Positions 12,279 through 25,092 of a stretch of 64,000 nucleotides of DNA are shown here, piece by piece. The translations under genes were made by a program, and so were the position numbers. Numbering within the stretch: the first letter of the stretch is position 1; every line of letters starts with the position of its first letter. The stretch comes from Antechinus flavipes (lineage: Eukaryota): contig NC_067404.1 of NCBI RefSeq assembly GCF_016432865.1, forward strand, positions 23,002,001-23,066,000, read 5' to 3'. A model generated the notes under the pieces. It ran no database searches and was not told the DNA's origin. It saw only the letters and a list, made by a program, of their open reading frames with translations.

Positions 12279-13933
12279 AAGATATGAAGTACAAAGTTCC
12301 AACTCTAAAAGAGATAACTGGCTAGTAAAGGGATTAAACAGAGCAACAGCTACCTGTGATCCAAGACTTTCGCTAAGTGCCAAAAGAGAGGTATGTAAGC
12401 CAAGTGCTACAAGAGGTCAGAGAAAGAAGGGGAATTACATGGGATTACTTTGGGCTTATAAAGCGGTCTGTGTTAAAGGACTTGCTCCTGTTATTTACTA
12501 GAAGGGATTTTATAAATTTTAATAATAAAAATTTTAAATTGGGCATCCATTAAGGCAAGAATTTTTAATCTGGGGTTCATGGATTTTTTTTTTTGCTTTT
12601 TTAAAAATGCTGATAACAGTAATTCAATATAATTGGTATCTTTTGTGGGATTGATTTTTTTACACAATTTAAAACATGCTCAGAAGGAGTCCATAAACTA
12701 AGTCTCTTAGAGAGGTTCAGGACACATAAAAGATTTGGAATCCCGGAATTAAAGCCCTTGTTTCCTCCAAAGTCAAAGATGGAGTCACAAAGTAAGGTCA
12801 AGGCAAAAGCACAGGAAATAAAAGCAAATTCCTTTAAATGGGCTAAATATACCTATAAAGTAGGAAAAGTCATTTTCCCCAAGAGGCAAGTATATCAATT
12901 ACACTTTTCAATAAAGAAATGTCTCTTTCATTCTAAGGTTGGTCTGGAACATATTATGGAACATTACTCTTCTGATTAGTATAAATGAGCAAGTACTCTA
13001 AGGATTACTGCATTATATGATGTGCGTAAAACAGCTTAACATTTTTAATCACATTTCAATTATTATGAGTAAAGTGTTTATATATTCAATATTCAGATAA
13101 GTAAAGATTTTACATTTATTAGGTCCACCTAAATGTAGGCTCTTTACATTTAAGAGCCACCACTCTGGCTATTATATCCTCTCAATTTAACTTCCTATTT
13201 AACTCCTATTTTGGAGTTATGCTAATAAATAAGAACTCAATATGGCTGGTCACTTCCAGAAATGTTAATAGACTATCTTTTTGTCATGCTGCACAAGGGT
13301 ACACCTCCTTTCTCTTTGCCTCTACCCCTCCCTCTTTCCACTTCTGCTTCTGGGAATAGTATTCAAATGAATCCCTGGCATAAATGTATCATTTGAAAGC
13401 CCTGTGGCTCCATTCATCATCTCTGTGGCTTCATCCTTCCCTGCCAAAAGGATTGGCATTACTACATTATTAATAATAAGAGAAATGTAGATCAACACGA
13501 CTCTGAAGTGTCTGTCACCTCACATCCAGCAAATTGGCCAAAAAAAGACTGGACAATGTTGGAAGGGTTGGGGAAAACCAGGCACACTAAAAAACGATTG
13601 GTGGACATGTGAGTTGGTCCAATCAATGTAGAAGTCAATTTGGAATTACCCAAACAAGAAGATTAACACATCTATGGCATATTTGATCCATAAGAGAGCA
13701 TAAAGGAATCCAGAAAGGGCAATGTTGGTATTACCACATGAGATTTTTCAAATCATTCAAATACATTTTTTAAAGCTTCATATATAATTCTATTGTTCTG
13801 GCCTTATTTGTACTTGGAAATAACCATGTTTGTTGATGATTTTCTAGTTTATAATAAAATCCTTTTCAACAAATAACTGCTTGCTTGGTTGGCTTTACAA
13901 ACAAGGAGGTATATGACACACAAAAGTGACAGA
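12279..13933 (-). repeat. Inverted repeat arm A' (derived copy of 6698-8353)
   Basis: Reverse complement of arm A. The MIR-like sequence cut at 13933 continues intact upstream of 6698, indicating A is the donor. Confidence 0.97.
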
Positions 13934-14174
13934 TAAAGAATGAATCATGGAAACAGTCAATAATTATATGAAAGATGATGATAATGCTATACCCAAATTT
14001 TTGGAATATTGTTAAGAAAGTTCTCAAAGGATAAATAATATCTCTAAAGTCATTAACAAAATAGAAGAGTAATGAAGTGAAAAAGTACACATGAAGAGAA
14101 CTGAACTTGTAGACCTCAAACTTCACTATAAATCAACAGTCATTTTGTACTGGTTAGAAAATATAAAAATAAGT
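13934..14174 (+). repeat. Inverted repeat arm B' (241 bp; reverse complement of 15148-15388; old L1 ORF2 sequence)
   Basis: ORFs 13866-14126(-) and 15196-15414(+) translate almost identically. 3 substitutions counted. Abuts arm A' with no spacer. Confidence 0.96.
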
Positions 14175-14289
14175 ACCTTGGAGGAATTAAGTAAAAGTGA
14201 CTCCATACCCAAGGGCCATGTTGTACATTGGGGGCCTATGTGGACATTGGGGACCTTGTCATCCAAGGTATGGTTCCCATCTAAGTTTT

Positions 14290-14530
14290 TTGTTGTTATT
14301 TAGTTGTTTCAATAGTGTGCATCCATTTGAGATTTTCTTGGCAAAGACACTAGTGTGGCTTGACATTTCATTATCCAGCTCATTTTATAGATGAGGAAAC
14401 TGTGACAAAAGGAATTAAGTGAGTTGCCCAAGGTCACATAGCTAGAAATCTGAGGCCAGATTGGAACTCAGGAAGTTGAGTCTTTCTGACTCCAGACTTG
14501 GAGCTCTGTCCACTGTACCACTTAACTGTA
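14290..14530 (-). mobile_element. CORE-SINE (MAR1-type)
   Basis: ttttcttggcaaagacactagtgtgg...gatgaggaaactg...gagtctttctgactccag antisense SINE pattern. Confidence 0.8.
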
Positions 14531-14959
14531 CTAAGTTTTAATCAGGAGATTTTCCCATATTACTTCTTTGTGGTAGAAAAAGAGAAAAATAGACGCTTGG
14601 AGATAAGTTACCAGTATCTGAGTCTGTGTGATGAGGAAATTGAGGGAATTTATGGATTTTGAATAGCAAGTGGTTAATTGTGGGAATTGAGTGAACCATA
14701 CTGACTCCATCTTGTAACTCAACTCTGGAGCTAGATCAGTTATCTTTCTGTTCAGTTGTGGGTCTAGTTCAATTTCTGCCTTGTGAGAAAACTTCATTCA
14801 ATTGTGAGAATTGGGAGAAAACCTTATTACATTGTTAGAACCTAGGCCTATGTGGCTGAGAAACTGGATCCACCTGCTGCTTAGAGACCCTTAAACTAAA
14901 GACCGAGGTTATGCTGAGAAGAAACTCAGATTGAAAAAAATGATGCAAGGAGTTTTCTC

Positions 14960-16400
14960 ACAATTCATTGTGAAATATGGTATAACATGTGAATTGAAAC
15001 CCTACTTTCTACAAGATGAATTCTAATTTTGTCAGTCACTCCTATTAAATGGTGAGTTCTTTCTTAGGCAATTTACATTTTTGAGTTTATTCCACACTGA
15101 GATTTTGAATCCATTTATTTGGGATACTTACTTGTCTAGTCTGTTTGACTTATTTTTATATTTTCTAACCAGTACAAAATGACTGTTGATTTATAGTGAA
15201 GTTTGAGGTCTACACGTTCACTTCTCTTCATGTGTACTTTTTCACTTCATTACTCTTCTATTTTGTTAATGACTTTAGAGATATTATTTATCCTTTGAGA
15301 ACTTTCTTAACAATATTCCAAAAATGTGGGTATAGCATTATCATCATCTTTCATATAATTATTGACTGTTTCCATGATTCATTCTTTAACTTCCATTATT
15401 ATGTCTCCATTTAGGTCTGTGTCCTTTCTGCTCCATTAATTGATTACTATTTTATTGTGTTATGGCATATAAAGCATGTCCTTAGTATTTTTTCCCTTTT
15501 TACATTTATTTGCAAGTCCTCTGTGTGCAGATCCATGATTGGTTTTTGCAAAAATGACATTAGGGTGCTGAGAAATATGCATATTTCTATTCAGAAGATA
15601 CCCTAAATCATTGGTTCTCAAAGTCTGGTCCACAGCATCCTCAGAATCTCTGAAATCCTTTCAGAGAGTCTACAAATTCATAATTGGTTTTTATTTTTAA
15701 TGTGATCAATATCTATAACTATAACCCACATAAACAAAAACTCTTTGGACAGTTCCTCAATCATTTTTAATAGGATAAAGATATTGAGAACAAAAGTTTG
15801 AGGACCACTGCTAAGTCTTTTAAACCTAATTTCTAGGACAATTTGTTTGATTCTCCAACACACACAAAGAAAGGAACATTGAAGTCACCTGTTGATGTTG
15901 TTTCACTACGTATGACCTTTTGCAATTGAGTTAATTTTTTAACATAAATTGCCATCTGAAGCATATGGTTGGTTGTCTGTGGTTCCTTAAGTACAATGTC
16001 GTTTTCTTTTTTATCTCAGTTTATATTGTGAATTTTTCCTTTACCTTGTCTGATAATATGTTGGCATTACCTGCTTTTGTGTTCCCTTGATAGGTAATAA
16101 ATTTTCTTCCTTGCTCTTTATATTTCTTATAAATCACAAACAGTGGTGTTTGTTTTTTCTATCCAAACCTATTACTGTCTTTAATAATATTGGATTTTTA
16201 AATCCATTCACATTTAATATCATGAGAATTAAATTTGTTTTCATCCATCTGTGTCTCTACTATTATTTGCTTTTTAAATTGGGATTCCCTTTCTTTTAAA
16301 ACAATAATTTGTTCATATGATTAGCATTGCTTATTCTGTTTTAATTCAATTTTATTTCCACAGATTCTTCATTTCATCTCTTCTTTCCCTCACAATTTTT
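14960..16400 (-). mobile_element. Old degenerate L1 ORF2 fragments (contains donor arm B)
   Basis: Reverse strand shows decayed ORF2 motifs (post-endonuclease region; PDLKLYYK-like cctcaaacttcactataaatc). Confidence 0.6.
15148..15388 (-). repeat. Inverted repeat arm B (donor of 13934-14174)
   Basis: L1-like sequence continues on both sides of this copy but stops abruptly at both ends of B'. Confidence 0.95.
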
Positions 16401-16559
16401 CAGTTCTTTACCTAGATTTGGAATTGTACTTCAGTTGTTATTTTTCTTTCCTTTCTTGATTATATTTGGTTATTTTAATTATTTCTTCTCCTTATTTTTG
16501 TTCTCTCAGTTAAGTGATTAATATAAAATCCCCTCATCCACCCAATAAGGTTAAACTGT

Positions 16560-18720
16560 TTACCTTTCTGTATTGGAAGATGATACTTGTAACTTCTAAG
16601 AAGATCATTATTAGGGCAATTAGAAGCATTCTGCATAGAAAGAAGAGTGTGGGAGTAAGTTGCTTATGTTGGGATGATGTAAAAAACTGGATAGAAGAGA
16701 AAGAAGGATGCCATGAAGAAGAGGGAAGGGAAAGGTAGAATGGGGAAAATTATCTAATGTAAAAGAGGTGCACAAGGAAGAGCTTTTATAATGAAAGGGA
16801 AAATTGTGGAGGGAGGAAACAGGCAATGCTTAACCTTACTCATGTATAAATGGATTCAAAGAGGGAAGTAGACACACACACACACACACATACACACACA
16901 CACACACACTCAATTGATAATAGAAATCTGTTTTACTCAACAGTGAAGGAGGAAAGGAAGGAGATAAGAGAAAGGGGTGATGATAAAATGGAGGGCAAAT
17001 AAAAGAAGGAAGTACTCAAAAGAAAAACAGATTTTAGAGGAGGAACTAGATAAAATCAGAGAGAAAAGACTAAACAGAAAAAAACCTGAGAGAGGGAAAT
17101 GCACAATTAGTAATCATAACTGTGAGTAGCAATGGGATAAACTCACTCATAAAACAGAAGCAGATAGCAGAAAAGATTAGTCTTCAAAATCCAACAATAT
17201 GTTGTTTACAAGAAACACTTGAACCACAAGCGTGCACAAACACACACACACTGTTAAAATAAGAGACAGGCTAAGAAATATCAAGTCGTAGACTAGTAGA
17301 GAATTGATTAGGTATACAATACACATTAGTTAATAATTTGACCCTAGTAATCTAGTGCTTGATAAACCCAAAGATCCAAGCTTTGGAGGTAAGAATTCAA
17401 CATCTGACAAAAATTGCTGGGAAAACTGGAAAGCAGTATGGTACAAAGTGGACATAGACTAACACCTCATGCTGAATACCAAGATGAGGTCCAAAAGAAT
17501 GCAAAAATGTACCTGTCAGATATATGAATAAAGGAAAAGTTTTTGCCCAGTCAAGAGGAAAAGAGGGTTATAGGGAGTAAAATAGATAATTTTCATTACA
17601 CAAATTTTTAAAGTCTTTACATAAACAAAATTAATGCAGCCAAAATTTGAAGGAAAACGGGAAATTGGGAGAAATTTTAAAGGCAGTTTCTTTGATAAAG
17701 GCCTCATTGCTCAATTACATAGAGAAGTAAGCCAAATTTATAAAAAAAAGTAAGAGCCATTTCCCATTTGACTTGATTTATTGAAGGATATGAACAGGCA
17801 GTTTTCAGAAGAAATCAAAGCTATCAGTAGTGATATGAAATAATGCTCTAAATCACTACTGATTAGAGAAATACAAATTAAAAGGATTCTGAGATACCGT
17901 CTTTATACCTATCATATTGGCTAAGATAATAGAACAGAAAAGTGGTAAATGCTGGAAGGGATGGAAAAATTAGAATTATTGGTGGACTTGTGAACTAGTA
18001 TAACCATTCTGGATAACAATTTGGAACTAGACCCAAAGAGCTATAAAACTCTGATTATCCCTTGACCCAGCAATACCAGAACTAGGTCTGTCTGTATCCC
18101 AAAGAAATCAAAGGAAAAGGAAAACACACACACACACACACACATACACACGCATATATACATGTACAAAAATATTTTAAGTAGCTCTTTTGGGGGTAGC
18201 AAAAAATTTGAAAGTGATGGGATTTTCATCAATTGATGTATAATTCAACAAGATGTATATAATTATGATAGAATACTCTCATGTCATAAGAAAAGATGAG
18301 CAGAATGGTTTCAGAAAAATCTAGGAAGACTTATATGAATTCATGCAAAGTAAAGTGAGCAGAACCAGGAAAACACTGTACACAATAACAGCAATATAAT
18401 AAGGATGATCAACTGAAAAATACTCAGCTACTCTGATCAAGCCAATGAGCCAAGACATTTTCAAAGGTCCCATGATTAAAAATGCTATCCACCTCCAGAG
18501 AAAGAACTAATAAACTCTTAATGCAGATTGAAGCATAATTTTTTTACTTTCTTTTTTATTTTGTTTGTGTTTTCTTTTGCAACATGGCTAATATGGAAAT
18601 ATACTTTGCATGATTTCACATGTATAATTGATATATAATTGCTTACCTTCTCTCAAGTAAGGGAGAGAGATGGGATGGAGGAAGAGAATTTAAAATGAAA
18701 TAAAAATTATATTTTTTATA
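16560..18720 (+). mobile_element. Old fragmented L1 (inter-ORF/ORF2 start, ORF2 C-terminus, 3'UTR) with embedded (CA)n tracts
   Basis: Decayed matches to the young L1 in this window, e.g. gaaaaattgctgggaaaactggaaagcagtatgg and ctaaatcactactgattagagaaatacaaattaaa. Confidence 0.75.
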
Positions 18721-19029
18721 TGTAATAGGGAAATAGTTAATGAAATAAAATAATTTAAAAAATAAATACGTGTTGAATTAATTCTTCTTACCAGACTATC
18801 AGAACAGCTTATAAATAAGTTCTGGCAATGGATAAATATTACAAGTTTTCCCATTAAATATGAAAATAAAATAAAAATGCACTCATTCTCCACTATTATT
18901 TTTTTTATAGAAATAGTTGGAGATTGGTACATGAGAAGTATTTGAGTGTGTTAAGGATTAGTGTTCCCCGGTGTTAATTATTAATATTGTAAACCTTTGT
19001 TGAAATTTCTGGCACATAAAATCTGTCTC

Positions 19030-19320
19030 CTTCTGTGTTTCTGTCTCTCTGGCCCTCCTTTCCTCCCTCCTCCTTCTTTTTCTCTCTCTTCCCCTCTCCC
19101 TCTCTTTACCCTTCTCCCTGCCCCTCCTCCTTTCTCTTCCCCTATCCCTTTCCCTTCCTCTCTTTTTTTCCTTCTACTTACCTTTTATTTCCCTATCTCT
19201 CCTTCCCCTTCTTTTTCTCTCTCTCCTTCTCCATCTTCATTTCCTCCTTCCCTCTTCCCCTATTTCAATTTTCCTTCCTCCTTCCACCCTTCCTTCCCCT
19301 CTTCCCTTTCCCCTACCTCT
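19030..19320 (+). repeat. Pyrimidine-rich (CT) low-complexity tract
   Basis: About 290 bp composed almost entirely of C/T; it generates the spurious P/S/F-rich ORFs. Confidence 0.9.
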
Positions 19321-20619
19321 AGTGGTAATTTGAAAAAAAAATTCTGCTTTTTTATCTTGTCAGCTGCATGACCCAGAAGTCCAATCATTTCTGACACTAT
19401 GATGCATGTTGCAGCTATTTTGGATCGAATTTCTCCATCATTTCCCCTTGATCTTTGTCAGTATTTTAGAATGATGGTGATAACTTGGGGGCAGGTTTAT
19501 TTTGCTCTTTCCTTCTTAACTAAAACTGTTATTTATCTTAGCTTCTTTGCTAATTTCTTGGGGCTTTCTAAGTAAGCCATCACAACTTCAGGAAATAGAT
19601 AGAATCTTGTTTTTGACCATGCTTATATTTAATTTCAATCTTGTCTAATGACAAAGTAAAGAATGAGATGACCTCATAATCAAAATAACAGAACTTAGTC
19701 TCTGCTTTGACATAAAATGGGTGTAATACTAGGCAAGTTACTTAATTTTTCAGAGTTCTAGTTGTGTGGAATAGAGAGATAGAGTGTAGAAATTACAGAA
19801 ATGTTTAAATTTTTTTCTGAAATTTTTTTTATTATTTCTATGTCTCTGTGACCTGCATAAGTACCGTATATGCAAGCCAATATTTACTTAAAACTTTAGA
19901 TATATTTACTTAACCAGAAATGATGACATTTATCCTTGTTCAATGTTATCAATATTTAGATTATTAAATGCAGTCAGCTCAGTAATCTGAAGTTTGAAGG
20001 ACTGACTGATTATTCCTTTCAGAATCAGGAAAACAAAGCATGCCATTCTAATCTGCCTTTGGCACCAATTTTTTAACATTCAATTAGGGGAGAGGGCACC
20101 TATTTCTCAATGCTCCCCAACCTATGATGTAATCCTTTGTAACCAAACCTATAAAAACAGTTTATCTTTCCTAAATCTTTAGGCATTTGTATAAGTGTAT
20201 AAAAATTATTATGAAGAGTCAGGGCATCTTTTGTACTTAATGAGAATGCTTCTTTCTGCTAGAACTGATGTACAGCTATTTGCATATTCCAGTAAGAGAA
20301 GTTAATTTATTTAACAAGCATGTATTTTGGGTTTACTTTGTGGTCAGACACTGTTAGGCTCTTGAGAGTCAGACAGAAATGAAACAGTCTCTGCCTTCAA
20401 GGAACTTAAATTCTATTGGAGGAAACTCTTAGTACACAGAGAAGTAAATATCAAATATGTCAAGTATTTGTGACTTAATAAATAAAGTAAATACAGAGTA
20501 ACTTCGGGGTAAGGAAGGAAGATACTAAGAACTAGGGAAATCAGAAGAGAACAAAATCTGTGGTTATGCATCTTAGAGCCTGCATTACATTTCTGGAATG
20601 GATCATTAAAAGCATAGCT

Positions 20620-21620
20620 AATAAACATCTGGAAAGGGAAATACTGACTGCCCAGAGCCATCACAACTTCATGAACAACAGATCATAACAGACAAACCAT
20701 ATTTCCATTTTTATAGAGTTATTAGCCTGGTAGATGAAGAGAAAGCTATAGATAGAATATGTTTAGATTTTAGCAAAGCTTTGAACGGAGAATCTTTTAC
20801 TGTTCTTGTGAATAAAGTGGAGAGATATGAACTAGAAATTAATACAATTAGGTGGATTCTTAACTGGTTCTGTAATCAGGCTCAAAGTCACTGGTTCAAT
20901 GTCACCACGGCCCAAAGTCTCCAATGCAGTTGCTTCTGGGACTTGTGTGTGACCATGTTTTATTTAACATTTTTTCAGTGACTTGGATAAAGGCATAAAT
21001 GGCATGTTCATCACATTCTCAGTGGACAAAGCTAGAAGAGTTAGTTAACGCAGTGGATAACAGAGTCAATATACAAAAAGATCTTGACAGCCTAGGGCAT
21101 TGGGCTTTGTCTAAGATGATGGACTTAAGTAAGGATAAATGTCAGTTTTGCAATTGGATTTTTTTAAAAAGTCATTTTCACAAGTATAGGGTACAGGTGA
21201 CATGGATACGTGGTAAATTTTCTGATTAAAGATCTGGGATTTTAAGTGACTGGAAACTCATCCTGAGCAGTCAGCTGTAGGAGGAGCCAAAAATGAATAT
21301 AATCCTAGGCTGCATTCCAATAGGTATACTCCTAGGAATAAGAAAGTTTGATTATGTCTATAGTATGCCCTTGTCATAACACATTTGTCATATTGTATTT
21401 CGTTCTAAGTCCTTCAGTATGAGGAAAATGATAAATTGTGATATTTCCAGAGGAGGGCAACCAAAACCTTGGGGGTCCTCAAATCCATGTCATGGAAAGA
21501 ATGTGTGAAGAAACTAGCCCAAAGAACACAAGACTCAGGGAGGTTATGATAGCGGTCTACAAATATTTGAAGAAGTATCAGATGGATTGTGACTTCATTC
21601 AATAGATAAACCTGTTCATT
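20620..21620 (+). mobile_element. CR1/L3 LINE reverse transcriptase fragment
   Basis: Translates CLDFSKAL (cf. YLDFSKAFD) and TKLEELVNAVDNRVNIQKDLDSLGHWA...KCQ (cf. the CR1 DDTKL...IQxDLDRLxxWA...KCK pattern). Confidence 0.85.
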
Positions 21621-21679
21621 TTTAACCTGTACCAAATAGTGTTTAGGAGATACTGTCTTGTCGTATAGTTTGTGATTTT

Positions 21680-22110
21680 GGACTTCTAGTCTGCCTTCTT
21701 TCCCCACTTTTCTTCATTATTTCATTTGGGATTCTTGACTTTTCTTCTTATGGTTGACTTTCCTTATTTTTTCCAACTCTATAAACTAATCCTTTGGTAG
21801 AGTAATTTGTGTGTCCTCATATTTTTCCAATTTTTTAGGTCTTTTTTATAAAGTATTTTATTGTTGTATTCATATTCTTGCCATGGTAGATAGACTCCAA
21901 AATATTTTATTTATTTTGTGTATTGTATTGTTATTTTAAATGAAATTTCTCTCTTTCTTCCTGCTGTTTGTTGATAATATATATATGTGCTACCCGTCCC
22001 TACATCTTTTACAAAATTGTTATTGTATAAATTGTTATCCTAGTTCTTACTCATTTTATGCCACATCAATTGACATGTCTTCCCATTTTTTTTTAAAGAC
22101 ATATCTCTTT
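21680..22110 (-). mobile_element. Old L1 ORF2 fragment
   Basis: T-rich antisense ORF2-like sequence (ttttattgttgtattcatattcttgccatgg). Confidence 0.55.
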
Positions 22111-22179
22111 TTTTGGACATCTGTTTTTGACATTTTGAGTTCCAAATTATCTCCCTCTCCATCCCTCTTTTCATCATTG

Positions 22180-22560
22180 CTTTATCTCTAACTTATATCC
22201 CCTTCACACCATCTCCTACTCTCTCATCCTTTATGCCAGATTCTGATGTGGAGGCAACTAATGTCCTTCCCAATACCACATACCTATTTCTACAGAGGGT
22301 ACCACCATCTTTGCGGTCACCCATCTTCCCAATTTTGAAGTCATTCATCTGTCCTAACTCTGCTTTATTACCAATAATCCAATCTTTGCCAGATCTTATC
22401 CTATTTTGCTTTTGCATTGGCCATTTCATTTCCTAAGATTGAATCACCTCTTTCCCTCCACTTCTTAGAATTCCTAGATCCCTCAAGGTTCAGCTAACTC
22501 CTAACCTTCGGCACATGAAGTTTTTTGTGAATCTCCTCAGCTAGCAATACCTTCCTTTTA
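22180..22560 (+). mobile_element. L2 LINE fragment
   Basis: Pyrimidine-rich L2-like sequence ending near a ggactatttc...tccagtgcc L2-type tail. Confidence 0.55.
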
Positions 22561-25092
22561 AAAACAGCTTAGATCTGTATTCTACATACTTATATATGTT
22601 CCTCTTGTCTCTTTCTCATTAGCCTATAAGGCTCAAGGGTAGGAGACTATTTCGCTTAAGTTTCTGTATCTCCAGTGCCTCGTCCATTGGTTGATATTAT
22701 TAATTTGCACTCAAGTTATAATATTCAGCACATGCTGTGATGCTGTACATGTCACTCAACTTCCCTCTGCCTCAGTTTCTTTATCTAAAAAATGGGGAGG
22801 ATACTAGGAGCTACCTCTTAGGATTATAGTGAGGACCAAGTAAGTTCATACCTCTAAAGTTCCTCTTAAACTTTAGAGACTGTACAAATGCTATGAAATT
22901 GGCCTCGTTATTTTCAAATTGTATTGATCCTTTATTGTCGTTGCTGGGCGCAGGAAACTTTACACTAAAACATTCTACTTAGTTTGGAGATTTAGTAATG
23001 TTTGAGTTATTTGTCTTTCTGCTAGTCATACCATTATCTGTCATGTTAGGAGAGCATAGTTTCTTTTTATTAATCACTGAGAGCATACCTTCCAATTTGG
23101 CAATCTCTAACTCAGTGTGACTTTGCTGTGTTAATTCACCAGAATCCCACTGAATGAGGTTTCTATCCATCAACGGACAGGCAAGTTCTAACAAGGGAAG
23201 AGTTCCTTGTAGTGGTTTGACATGGATTTTTCTAAAAGAAATTTGGAAGTTATTTATGTTGCGGAAAGATGTTTTCCAGTTGGCAGGGGTCGGAAAATGA
23301 TTTACAAACCACTGTGCATTTCTCCTTGTTGATTTGGTGCTCAGGACATGTTGCAAATCACATAGGCAAGTTGTAAATGGGTTTGGAAATAGGCAATTGC
23401 TTCTCTCTGGACCTCCCTGTTCAGCCCAAAGAAAATTCTGCCGGTGTTCGATTGTCACTCTATTTTTGCCTGGAAGCTTTTAAAATTCAAAGTGCATCAT
23501 GGAGGCAATGATGGGAACTACTCGTGTTTAAAAAAAACCACTGGATTGTGTCTCTGTATTCTAAGCCTAAGATTGTTCTACGACAGCATTTCATTAACTT
23601 CCTAGAGAATTGGACTATTTAGGTCATAAAGTCACTATACAAGATCTCTTTATTAAGAAAAACACTCCTATAATTTCTTATTTCAGTCATTGGGGTTTCT
23701 GTAACCAGTCTTCCAAAAGAATGGGAAATGCTATGGCCCCTGTCATGACTACAAAAGCCAGGGAGATCACTCCATTCCTTAGGGATACTTAATGATGAAA
23801 AGGGGAAGAAAAGACATAGTTGTAAGATCTAGGGAACTATTAGATGCTACTGGATGCTACTGTGCTTTCACATGTGGCCAGCCTCCTTTGGAGATAATGT
23901 TAACCAGTTATTGTTAAATATTTGTATATGAGAAATTCCTTCCATAAGGCAAAAATATACCTAGTTCTATGATTTTGGCCCAACTCCTTGACTTTCCTAG
24001 ACCTTTCCTATAAGAAAAAGGGAGAGGGAAAGGGAGAGGGAGAGGGGGAGGGGATTGAGTTAAATGATCTCTGAGGTCTTTTCTGCTTCCACAGTTTTGT
24101 CTGTCTGGTTCAATTAAGCAATGGTCTTTGAGACATAATAGTGATGTGACGCTGGCCAAGGCATTTATCTTCCCTATGCCTCAGTTTCCTATATAGAAAA
24201 TGGGGATAACAGCATCTCTCATACCAAACTATTATGAGGTTCAAATGGGATATAATGTGCTTTATTAGTCATAAATTACCATATAAATGTTAGTAATTAG
24301 TATTACTGTTATGGCCCATTTCAGAAGACACAGCTATTACCTCCTATGTGATACAAGACAGATGCTCAGAGAAAGTGTCAGATTAATCCTCTGATCGGAG
24401 AGATCCACCAAAGACCCTTTGAGACTCGAGACCTCTGATTGCCTGTCAATGAGTCCAGAGTAGACTACACCTCACCATTAATACCTCTTTGGGGTTGGTG
24501 ATTGTCTGGAAATGGGAAGGGTGTTGAGGGGGGCAATAAAAAGAACATCGGAGCGATACTGACTGGAAACTGTTAATGGGATAGTTACTTTGGGGTGAGA
24601 CATTGACTATTCTGTAAACTCCTTGATGGCAAAGGCTGGACTATCTTTATCTTCAGCTCTCCCAGTTCTCTTCACATAGACCTTGTGCAAAGTAGATTCT
24701 CTGAAGACTTGAATTGAACTCAGAAAAAAATCATGGACTGCTAATGAGTTCTCAACTTAGGAATTCAGTTCAACAACAAAGTTTTATCTTGCATGCATAA
24801 TATGTAAGACACTGTATTGGGCATTGGGAATAAGAAAGAAAAAAAAAAAAACTTGAATGTCTCTTCCCCAAAGAAGCTTAGATTATAATGCGGGATTCCG
24901 TACACACCAAGTAAATAAATGCAGAGTATGTACAAAGCCCTCCCAAGATATCAAAGAGGAAAAGAAATTGTATGCACACAGATATTTATAGCGGCTCTTT
25001 TTGTGGTGCTGAAAATTGGAAACTAAGACAAAGGAAAATACCTGAGGAAATTGTGGCATATTAATGAGATAGAGTACTATTGTGCTATAAGA

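Noticed and set aside
13866-15414. Duplicated hydrophobic 70-86-aa ORFs (MKFEVY...) as small membrane-protein paralogs
   Set aside because: Antisense translations of decayed L1 ORF2 within the B/B' inverted repeat.
18997-19371. Pro/Ser/Phe-rich ORFs
   Set aside because: Artefacts of the CT-rich low-complexity tract.
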